From positions 2,816,001-2,880,000 of the forward strand of contig CBDBHB010000009.1 in NCBI GenBank assembly GCA_965205505.1: a stretch of DNA of 64,000 nt, written 5' to 3'. Shown here piece after piece: positions 38,623 to 46,558 of this stretch. The position numbers and the translations under genes are program-made. The notes below the pieces were generated by a model. That model did no database searches. It was not told the DNA's origin and worked only from the letters and a program-made list of their open reading frames with translations. Each line of letters starts with the position of its first letter. The first letter of the stretch is position 1. Origin of the DNA: Acidobacteriota bacterium. GTDB taxonomy: Bacteria; Acidobacteriota; UBA890; WLXD01.

Positions 38623-39378
38623 ATGATCGTCTCGGTGGCGAACCAAAAAGGCGGCGTGGGGAAGACCACGACCGCGGTGAACCTGGCGGCGGCACTGGCG
38701 CTAAAAGGGCACCGCACGTTGCTCGTCGACCTGGACCCGCAGGCACACAGCACGATTTCCTACGTTGACTCGAGCGAGTTGGAGCTGACGATCTACGACG
38801 TTCTGGTCGATACAAGTATCGAGCTCGAGCGAATCGTGTGCGCGACGGGGCTCGAGAACCTCGACGTGGCCCCGGCTCGAATTGCGCTGGCTAAGCTCGA
38901 GATCAAGCTGTCGGGCGAGTTTGATGGTCACTATCGACTGCGGGACCATCTGGCTACTATTAGTCAGAAGTATCGTTTTATAGTCATTGATACGCCCCCG
39001 ACACTAGGACTGCTCACAATTAACGCACTTGTCGCATCTTCACACGTCCTCATCCCTATACAGTCGTCGTACCTAGCGATGGAAGGCACGGACGACTTGC
39101 TCGACACGGTGCAGCGCGTCCGACAGCGAGTGAACCCGAAATTGGAGCTGCTCGGAGTGTTGATCACGATGCTCGATCGCCGCACGGTGTTGGGACGTGA
39201 TGTGGTCGAGCAGGTGCGTCGCGTCTTCGGTGACAAGGTGTTCGATACGGTGATCAGCCGGAATGTAAGGTTGGAAGAGAGCCCTGCATACAAGGAAGCG
39301 ATCTTCACACATGCGCCGTCGTCGACCGGCGCGGAGCAATACGCAAAGCTTGGAGAGGAGGTATTGGCGCGTGTCTAA
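38623..39378 (+). CDS. parA: ParA/Soj family ATPase
   Basis: NQKGGVGKTTTAVNL, DLDPQ, DTPP.LG.LT.NAL. Confidence 0.92.
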   Translation: MIVSVANQKGGVGKTTTAVNLAAALALKGHRTLLVDLDPQAHSTISYVDSSELELTIYDVLVDTSIELERIVCATGLENLDVAPARIALAKLEIKLSGEFDGHYRLRDHLATISQKYRFIVIDTPPTLGLLTINALVASSHVLIPIQSSYLAMEGTDDLLDTVQRVRQRVNPKLELLGVLITMLDRRTVLGRDVVEQVRRVFGDKVFDTVISRNVRLEESPAYKEAIFTHAPSSTGAEQYAKLGEEVLARV

Positions 39379-40234
39379 GCGACTTGGGCTGCCGGTCACG
39401 ACACGAATGCGGCATGACGCTCACTTTGTAGAGGAGTTGGCGGCGGAGCATACCCGTGCTCTCGGGCAATTCCTGTCTTTGGAGTTGATACGTCCGAATC
39501 CCAACCAGCCGCGGCAAGTGTTTGAGCGACTCGAGGAGCTCGTTGCCTCGATTCAGCGCGTGGGCATACTGGAGCCACTGCTGGTCCGACGAGCCGCAAG
39601 CGGTTACCAGATCATATCGGGCGAACGTCGCTTCCGGGCAGCCCGCGCTGCTCAGCTCAAGGAGGTCCCCTGCATAGTTCTCGATGTTGATGATGCGCGT
39701 GCGCTCGAAATTGCGCTAATCGAGAACCTGCAGCGCCAGGACCTATCAGCTTTCGAGGAGTCCGAGGCGCTCCAGGCGCTCATCGACCAGTTCGGATTCA
39801 CCCACGACGACGTCGCGGAGCGGATCAGCAAGTCCCGTTCGAGCGTTACGGAGTCCCTAAGCCTGCTGGTCATGCCACGCGAGGTCCGCGCGCAGCTGGA
39901 GGAGGCAGGGATCCGCGGCAAGTCACTGCTACTCGAGATCACCCGGTGCGACACGGCTAAGGAAATGGCAGCGCTCGCGCAGCGCGTCATCAACGAGGGG
40001 CTGACGCGAGACGATCTTCGCAAGATACGGCGGGCCGAACAAAAGGCAGCGGCGGCCGAAGAGGTAGCCAGCACCACGAAGCGGCGGGCGCCTCGACGGC
40101 TCACCTTCCGGTCCAAGGAAGGAGTGACCGTGAGTGTCTTCTTGGGAAACGACGAGGTTTCGCTAGCCGACGTCGAGCGATCGCTGCTCGAGGCGATCCG
40201 CAGCCTGAGATCCAACGGCATCCCCGCAATCTAG
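39371..40234 (+). CDS. parB: ParB/Spo0J family CTPase with a non-canonical HTH
   Basis: PNPNQPR, GERRFRA, LIENLQR, HTH KSRSSVTESLSLL; GTG start overlapping parA after GGAGG. Confidence 0.88.
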   Translation: MSKRLGLPVTTRMRHDAHFVEELAAEHTRALGQFLSLELIRPNPNQPRQVFERLEELVASIQRVGILEPLLVRRAASGYQIISGERRFRAARAAQLKEVPCIVLDVDDARALEIALIENLQRQDLSAFEESEALQALIDQFGFTHDDVAERISKSRSSVTESLSLLVMPREVRAQLEEAGIRGKSLLLEITRCDTAKEMAALAQRVINEGLTRDDLRKIRRAEQKAAAAEEVASTTKRRAPRRLTFRSKEGVTVSVFLGNDEVSLADVERSLLEAIRSLRSNGIPAI

Positions 40235-40370
40235 GTACGCGGACGCTTTCCTTCCTTGCGCGTTACGGACCGGCGGCGCGCCCCGGACTACGGGAGGGGT
40301 GCCCGCCTGAATTGTCCTCGTGCAAGACCGGCCTCGACCGGACGGCATCAACCTAAAGTAACGTCTTAGA

Positions 40371-40392
40371 GAATGTCGGCGCGCCGACATTC
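40371..40392. promoter_or_regulatory. Perfect 22-bp palindrome, candidate parS-like site
   Basis: GAATGTCGGCG|CGCCGACATTC, 137 bp after the parB stop; 16-bp TGT...ACA core. Confidence 0.5.
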
Positions 40393-40781
40393 GGCGCTCG
40401 CTGCGGAGGCAACTCACGTCCCTTGCAGGGTGGCCGCTCGCAGGAAAGCCGGAAACTGTTACTCGGCGAAGCGAGCCAGTTCGACGCGGCACTCCTACGT
40501 GCTGGACCTGGCGGCGCGGACAGTAACGATTATAGGAAGCGACTTATCGCTGACGGCAGGATCGAGGGGAGCCCTCGCTCGTGTGGCGAGGCGGTGCGGC
40601 CAATTGAGTCGTGGCGAAGTGGTCCGCGAGCAAGGCTGTCCTGATCAGGCGTTTCGCCGCCCCGGATGGCGCTTCCGGTCGGTGGCACGCGCAGGCATCG
40701 AGGCCGCGCCGTCTGTCTCGCAGGGTTGACGGCGGCACCGGCTGGATGCCTACTTGGCGGGGAGGGTGGGGCAGCGATGCC

Positions 40782-41322
40782 GTAACAGATGATCGTTGCA
40801 TATCGCAGATGGGATTTGCGGGTGAGATCAAGGCGCGGCGAGGATGTCGATGCTAGCAGGCCGTGATGGAAGTGTGGTGGGTCTGGCAAGTGGGACTCAC
40901 GGGCTAGGGCAAGGATCGACGACGAGGCGATGCTGGAGCCATCGTCGAGGAGAGAGACGCCGCCATCGCCCGTGACTCCCACTTGCCCTACGGGTTACGC
41001 CGCCAAGGGCGCGTCTCCGGCGTTGCCGCTCCTAGACGATGCGCACGGGCATCGCCGGCGACGCGGCGCCTTGGATCTGCGCCCTTGGCGGCGTAACCAG
41101 ACCCATCACACTTCCATCACGACCTGCTGGGGCATCGTCGACGAGGCGCAACGCCGATATCGCCCGCAACTGCCCATCTGTCCGCAGGATGGCGGCGAAA
41201 TCGGCCCGTCTGCGGCGTTGCTCCTCCTCCAAGATGGGCAAACATCGTCTCCTCGTCGCGCCTGGCATCCGGACCCATTTCGCCACCACGATACGCAACG
41301 ATCATCTGTTACAGGCCACTAG
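40782..41322. mobile_element. Type 3 MITE-like element carrying a nested type 1 element (40853-41130)
   Basis: Outer repeats GTAACAGATGATCGTTGC / GCAACGATCATCTGTTAC; inner repeats CTAGCAGGCCGTGATGGAAGTG / CACTTCCATCACGACCTGCTGG. Confidence 0.85.
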
Positions 41323-41879
41323 GAGCCGGCAATCGCGAGGTCGCGTTCAATCGCAGCGCGTCCGCGATCGGTGATTCGGTACTCGTAGGCGCGACCGCGG
41401 CGCCGGCGGTCAACGAGCTCTCGCGCCGCACGTAGCGCGTTACTCACGTTCGTGCGGTATACGGACCGCACGCGGCCTCGCTCCGCCAGGAAGCGCTCGA
41501 TCTCGCGCGGGGTCATCCATTCGATTCCCAGTTGCACGCTCGTTGCCTCCAATGCGACGAGCGCTTTTAGAAGCATCTTTCCAGGCGTCGCCAGAACCGA
41601 CGCGTAACGCGCCAGCCGCAACCGCGAGGAGTCGGACCCAGCGCGCCGTGGCACGGCCGTACCCGGCTCACTTGCTGACTTTCCAATGGCGCGGGGGAGG
41701 AGGGCCCGGACAATTTCGATCCGATACGCCTCGGGTACCCGGTGCTCCACGATGGCAATCAATGAGAGGGCGCGATCCACTTCCTCGGAAATGTCCGGGT
41801 CATCCCGACGCTCGGCCTGCGCGGACGTGCTCCTGGCGCAAGATGTCTGGCTCGGAGCCGGGTCGTGTGGCTTGCTCAA
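41319..41879 (-). CDS. Hypothetical protein with a C-terminal winged helix-turn-helix
   Basis: MTPREI...NVSNAL...LVDR...YEYRITDRG wing pattern; AGGA before TTG. Confidence 0.65.
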   Translation of the reverse strand: MSKPHDPAPSQTSCARSTSAQAERRDDPDISEEVDRALSLIAIVEHRVPEAYRIEIVRALLPRAIGKSASEPGTAVPRRAGSDSSRLRLARYASVLATPGKMLLKALVALEATSVQLGIEWMTPREIERFLAERGRVRSVYRTNVSNALRAARELVDRRRRGRAYEYRITDRGRAAIERDLAIAGS

Positions 41880-41973
41880 CGCGCCATCCTATCTCGTTTT
41901 CCCAGAATCGGTGGCTACACCCGGGCACCTGTCGACGAATATCGTCGTCATACACCTTGGCGTCAGGGGTCGC

Positions 41974-42143
41974 TGTGGATAATCCGTGGTAGAAGCAGCA
42001 CGTTTTGCGCCGCGCCGAGGGTGAGGCGCCTATGTACAAAGGGCTTTCGGCGTATTACGTACGGAACGTCAGCCTCTTGGCGCTTGTGGAAAAACTGTAA
42101 ATTATTGTTAATACGATTTTAATACGATAACTATATCAAGAAA
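41974..42143. promoter_or_regulatory. DnaA boxes plus an AT-rich tract
   Basis: TGTGGATAA 41974-41982, TGTGGAAAA 42085-42093, AT-rich 42091-42143 with TTAATACGAT twice. Confidence 0.4.
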
Positions 42144-42172
42144 ACGAGACACAAGCGCGTATAATCCGCCGC

Positions 42173-42823
42173 ATGAACGTTCCGCAGGCGTTACTGCAGC
42201 GCTCGAGCCTCCGTTTCTGCAAGGCGTTCTTCGAGGTTACCGACAACGCGGCGACGCATGAATGCCTGCTCAGGCTGGGAGCGCAGGAGTTGTCGGAAGC
42301 GATAGGTGACGCCGCCACCGAGTGTTGGTATTGGTGGTACGGTGGGCGGGACGATGCCGATCGCCGCTACGACGCCTTCCTGCTCCGTCTGCGCCCCGCC
42401 CGACTTGTGCTGGAAGGAGCCACAGCGGCGTCGGTGGGTCGCGGTTGGCGCGTGCTGGATCAGCAATTGCGACCGCACGCCCGGGCGCGGGTCGCCGCGC
42501 GCGACGACTTGGCGCGCTTCGTTCCGGGCCGGCGACAGCACTCCGCAGACCGACCGGAAACGTGGAGCGCCGGCCACGAGGCTCGCGTGCTGGCCGAATT
42601 CTACGCCTCTTTCGCGGCGCGCTGGGCGCGGCAACCCCACTCGCGCCTTGGTGGGATGAGTCCGCTGGATGCCCTGCGGCATCCAGCGAAGCGGGCGTGC
42701 GTCGACGAACTATTGGCTCGCATGGAGCGCCTCGAAGAAGAGCGCCGGCAACGCGGCATGCAGAGTTTCGCAGTCGAGGATTTGCGACGTGCTGTCTTCG
42801 GCGTTGACGGAGACGCAGAGTGA
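42173..42823 (+). CDS. Hypothetical protein with a Xre/MbcA/ParS-like C-terminal motif
   Basis: W..QPH..LGGMSPLDAL.......VDELL..ME. Confidence 0.6.
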   Translation: MNVPQALLQRSSLRFCKAFFEVTDNAATHECLLRLGAQELSEAIGDAATECWYWWYGGRDDADRRYDAFLLRLRPARLVLEGATAASVGRGWRVLDQQLRPHARARVAARDDLARFVPGRRQHSADRPETWSAGHEARVLAEFYASFAARWARQPHSRLGGMSPLDALRHPAKRACVDELLARMERLEEERRQRGMQSFAVEDLRRAVFGVDGDAE

Positions 42824-44004
42824 GGATCTTCTGGGGCCCGCGTATGACGGCAAGCTTGACGCTCATCCTGTTCACAGCGACTGCTTTGGCAGTGGCGGCG
42901 CAAGCCCCGGAGACGCGCGGGCGTGCCCGCGACTTCGGGATTGCGCCAGGTGTTCTGGCTGCCGGGCCGCTGAACGCCATTACCGATGTGGCCGGCGTCC
43001 TCGTCGGCCACGTCACTCTCGTCGTACCGCCCACCACGAACACTGGGGTGACGGCGATTCTGCCGCACTCCGGTAACATATTCCGCGACAAGGTTCCCGC
43101 TGCGGTCTTCGTGGCCAATGGATTCGGGAAGCTGACCGGCATCAGCCAGATCCGCGAGCTCGGAACCATCGAGACGCCCATCCTGCTCACCGGTACGCTC
43201 AGTGTTCCGCGCGCCGCAGACGGGTTGATCTCGTACATGCTCGGCCTGCCGGGCAACGAAGATGTCCGCTCCATCAATCCGGTCGTAGGCGAGACCAACG
43301 ATGGTTACCTGAGCGACATCCGCGCCCGCCCGATCCGACCGGAGCATGTACGCGAGGCGATCGAGTCCGCCAGTTCCGGCGCCGTTGTGGAGGGCAACGT
43401 AGGAGCGGGCAGCGGGACGATCGCGTTCGGGTTCAAGGGTGGCATTGGCACCTCATCGCGGCGACTACCTGAGCGTCTGGGTGGCTGGACGGTAGGTGCC
43501 CTGGTGCAGACCAACTTCGGAGGCGTGCTCACCATCGCCGGAGCACCGGTCGGCGTGAAGCTCGGCCGCTACTACCTGCGCGATGTGCTGACGGGCTCGG
43601 CCGACGAGAGGGGCGGAGCCGACGGCTCCTGCATGATGGTAATCGCGACCGACGCGCCGGTGGATGCCGCCAATCTCGAGCGCCTGGCGCTGCGTGCTTT
43701 CATGGGCATGGCGCGCACCGGGGCGTCTGGATCGAACGGTAGCGGCGACTATGTGATCGTGTTCTCCACCCACTCGGGACTACGCTCCGGGCCGGATGGC
43801 GAGGCGCGCCCACGGGTCACCCCGCTGGCCGCCGAGCGACTATCGCCGCTGTTCATGGCTGCCATCGAGGCCACCGAGGAATCGATCTACAACAGCCTGT
43901 TTCAGGCGCGCACCACCGTCGGCGCTCGAGGCACCATAGAGGCGCTGCCTTTACAGAGGACGCTCGACATCCTCAGAGAGCACGGCGTCGTGGAACAGCG
44001 CTAG
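42820..44004 (+). CDS. DmpA/P1 family aminopeptidase
   Basis: NAITDV.GV.VGH, NGFGK, ETNDG.L, EGNVGAG, FKGGIG, DG|SC cleavage site, GSGD. Confidence 0.92.
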   Translation: MRIFWGPRMTASLTLILFTATALAVAAQAPETRGRARDFGIAPGVLAAGPLNAITDVAGVLVGHVTLVVPPTTNTGVTAILPHSGNIFRDKVPAAVFVANGFGKLTGISQIRELGTIETPILLTGTLSVPRAADGLISYMLGLPGNEDVRSINPVVGETNDGYLSDIRARPIRPEHVREAIESASSGAVVEGNVGAGSGTIAFGFKGGIGTSSRRLPERLGGWTVGALVQTNFGGVLTIAGAPVGVKLGRYYLRDVLTGSADERGGADGSCMMVIATDAPVDAANLERLALRAFMGMARTGASGSNGSGDYVIVFSTHSGLRSGPDGEARPRVTPLAAERLSPLFMAAIEATEESIYNSLFQARTTVGARGTIEALPLQRTLDILREHGVVEQR

Positions 44005-44078
44005 CAGACCACCGCCCGGCCACGCCTGCTAATGTAGATGGTCTGTTTTCGCGACCGCGTCGCAGCCGGGAGCAAGAT

Positions 44079-44675
44079 GTGTTGAACTCCAGTGTCCTCG
44101 TTCTGAACCGCCTTTGGCAGGTGGTCAACGTGGTCAACGCGCGACGTGCAATCACGCTGCTTTACGTGGGGCGAGGGAAGGTCGTCGCCGACGACTTCGC
44201 TACCTACACCTGGGAGAGTTGGACGGAGGCCTCCGTGCTGGCGCCCGAGGATCTGGCCAACTGCATTTCGGGACCGTCGTTGCGCGTGGTCGTGCCGCGC
44301 ATCATTCAGCTGCTCGAGTACGACCGGGTGCCTCGTCCCCGGGTGAAGTTCACGCGTGCCAACGTGTACCTGCGAGACCGCAACCAGTGTCAGTATTGCG
44401 GCCGCGTCACACGGCCCTCGCAACTGACGCTGGATCATATTCACCCACGGTCGCGCGGTGGCCGCACCACGTGGCGCAACATCGTCGTCTCGTGCTTCCG
44501 ATGCAACGCCCGGAAAGCCAACCGAAGCCCGGAGGAAGCCGGCATGGAGCTGCTCCGTGAGCCCCGGCAACCGGCCTGGCACCCGGCGACCTCTCTGCTG
44601 CCCGCGATCGATCCGTACGACGAGTGGATCCCGTTCCTGGACTGGGGGCACGGGGTTAAGGCCGCGGCGCCGTAG
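44079..44675 (+). CDS. HNH endonuclease (McrA-like)
   Basis: VLVLN, RD...CQYCG, TLDHIHPRSRGG...W.N.V.SC..CN..K. Confidence 0.92.
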   Translation: MLNSSVLVLNRLWQVVNVVNARRAITLLYVGRGKVVADDFATYTWESWTEASVLAPEDLANCISGPSLRVVVPRIIQLLEYDRVPRPRVKFTRANVYLRDRNQCQYCGRVTRPSQLTLDHIHPRSRGGRTTWRNIVVSCFRCNARKANRSPEEAGMELLREPRQPAWHPATSLLPAIDPYDEWIPFLDWGHGVKAAAP

Positions 44676-44827
44676 TAGGCGCCGCGGAGCGCCTCTGTCG
44701 GCGAAACGCTATGCTACGCTTGGCTCACACGCGTCGCCCTCCACCGCGCGTCCGCAGATTGCTACGAGCCAGTCGAGCGTACCTCGACCGCATCCAGCAA
44801 CAGGCACCCCACGAGCTTTTGCGAACG

Positions 44828-45874
44828 ATGAGCCAGCGACCCATCCGTGCACTCGGGTTGATGTCCGGAGGACTCGACTCGACGCTCGCCGCGAGCATTC
44901 TTCAGCGCCTCGGTGTTGAAGTACTCGGATTGCACTTCTCGACCGGCTTCTGCGTCGCCGATCGCCATCGCATCATGGGGAACGCGAACAACCGGGACAA
45001 GCCGTACCGCAACGATGCGCTCCATGCCGGCGGGCAACTTCAAATCCCCGTAGAGATCATCGATATCAAGGACGACTACCTTCAGCAGGTCGTGCTGAAT
45101 CCCAAGCATGGCTATGGCTCGGGAATGAACCCGTGCATCGATTGCCGCATCTTCATGCTCAAGCGTGCCAAGGTGATGCTGGAGGAGGGCGGCTACGACT
45201 TCATCTTCACCGGCGAGGTGCTCGGGCAGCGCCCGATGAGTCAGCGGCGGCCACCGATGCAGGCGATCGAGCAGGAGACGGAGCTCGAGGGATTGCTGCT
45301 ACGCCCATTGTCCGCGAAGCTATTGGCGCCGACGATTGCGGAGCAGAAGGGTTGGGTTTGTCGCGACGATCTGTATGCAATCTCAGGCCGCTCGCGGCAC
45401 GAGCAGATGCGATTGGCGGACGAGTTCGGCTTGGTCGACTACCCGCAGCCGGCCGGCGGGTGCTGCTTCCTACCCGACGAGAACTTCGCACGTAAGCTTC
45501 GTGACCTGCTTGCTGACCGTGGCAACGTAGTCGACCCGGACGACATGATGCTGCTCAAGGTCGGCCGCCATTTTCGTCTCGGCGATGGCGTCAAGATCAT
45601 TGTCGGACGCCACGAGGCGGAGAACGACTTTCTCGAACGGTTCCGTGTCGGGCGAGGAGCCGTGTGGGTCGAGGAGTTCAGCTCACCGCTAACCCTCATC
45701 GAAGGGGCTCCGTCGGCCGAGCAGCTCGAGCTCGCCTGCAAGATCACTGCGAGATATTGCGCTGGTCGTACCGAGAACGAGGTACCGGTGCACTGGCGCC
45801 TCGACGATCATGCGGGGCAGTTGGTGGTCGAGCCCGTACGCGAGGATGTTCTGCTCGACGAGATCCGGATCTAA
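44828..45874 (+). CDS. ThiI/MnmA-like PP-loop tRNA thiolation protein with an NFACT-R (DUF814)-like C-terminus
   Basis: SGGLDS, NPCIDCR, GEVLGQRPMSQ, PAGGCC, GRHFR...IVGR...EN. Confidence 0.8.
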   Translation: MSQRPIRALGLMSGGLDSTLAASILQRLGVEVLGLHFSTGFCVADRHRIMGNANNRDKPYRNDALHAGGQLQIPVEIIDIKDDYLQQVVLNPKHGYGSGMNPCIDCRIFMLKRAKVMLEEGGYDFIFTGEVLGQRPMSQRRPPMQAIEQETELEGLLLRPLSAKLLAPTIAEQKGWVCRDDLYAISGRSRHEQMRLADEFGLVDYPQPAGGCCFLPDENFARKLRDLLADRGNVVDPDDMMLLKVGRHFRLGDGVKIIVGRHEAENDFLERFRVGRGAVWVEEFSSPLTLIEGAPSAEQLELACKITARYCAGRTENEVPVHWRLDDHAGQLVVEPVREDVLLDEIRI

Positions 45875-45886
45875 GACGTTGGTGAG

Positions 45887-46210
45887 TTGAACATGTTGCG
45901 CCGCGCGCCGGACCGTCAGAAGATGCGGTTTCGCCGGCAGGTGCACGGTAGTGTCACCGACGATCAGCTGCGCTCGCTAATCGAAGTCGCCGAGGTTGCA
46001 GTAGACGCCCGAGGCACCTTCTGCCCGGAGCCCGTGATCCGCGTACAGGAGGCGGCTCGCGCGATGTGCCTGGGCGAGACGGCCATGCTGTTAGCCGACG
46101 ACGCCGGCGTCGAGTTGGACCTGCCCGCTTGGTGCATGAGCACCGGCAACGAGTACCTCGGCCTAGTGCGTGAAGACACCTTCCTGCGGGTCTTCATTCG
46201 TCGCGGCTAG
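45887..46210 (+). CDS. TusA/SirA family sulfur carrier (start uncertain)
   Basis: VDARG.FCPEP, DD......DLPAWC. Confidence 0.85.
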   Translation: MNMLRRAPDRQKMRFRRQVHGSVTDDQLRSLIEVAEVAVDARGTFCPEPVIRVQEAARAMCLGETAMLLADDAGVELDLPAWCMSTGNEYLGLVREDTFLRVFIRRG

Positions 46211-46238
46211 CAGGCCCGCCACACTTCCACCACGACCC
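46207..46238. repeat. Type 1 MITE remnant
   Basis: CTAGCAGGCCCGCCACACTTCCACCACGACC between convergent stops. Confidence 0.7.
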
Positions 46239-46239
46239 C

Positions 46240-46551
46240 TCAACCGTAGAGGTACGTGACCCCGTAGCCGCCCTGCGGGTTGTTCCACGTCGTGTAGCGG
46301 CGCGCCACCTGACAGGTGCCGCACTCGAGGCAATCCTCGTAGTTGACGATGCAGCTCGAGTCTTCGGCGTTGAGCTTGAATACCTGGGCCGGGCAGATGA
46401 AGAGGACCGCTTGGTCGGGGTCCTGACGGAACGCATCTTGATCTACGTGGATATGGCTCTCGTCAGCGAACCGCCGCTTTACGAGATCGAGGCGCTGAGC
46501 CATCGACAGCGACTTGTGGGGCGTCAAGTACTCGCGAACGTCGATTGCCAT
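46240..46551 (-). CDS. fixX: FixX-like ferredoxin
   Basis: HI.V, CPA, CLECGTC, W.NP.GG.GV.Y.YG. Confidence 0.85.
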   Translation of the reverse strand: MAIDVREYLTPHKSLSMAQRLDLVKRRFADESHIHVDQDAFRQDPDQAVLFICPAQVFKLNAEDSSCIVNYEDCLECGTCQVARRYTTWNNPQGGYGVTYLYG

Positions 46552-46558
46552 GAATGCC

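Noticed and set aside
40235-40780. Short ORFs (40373-40729, 40423-40644, 40530-40982) downstream of parB
   Set aside because: No motifs or ribosome-binding sites and R/A/P-rich composition; treated as non-coding
44079-44675. HNH nuclease as a defence system or as the mobiliser of the repeats
   Set aside because: Common stand-alone McrA-like family; no methylase, RuvC domain or linked array
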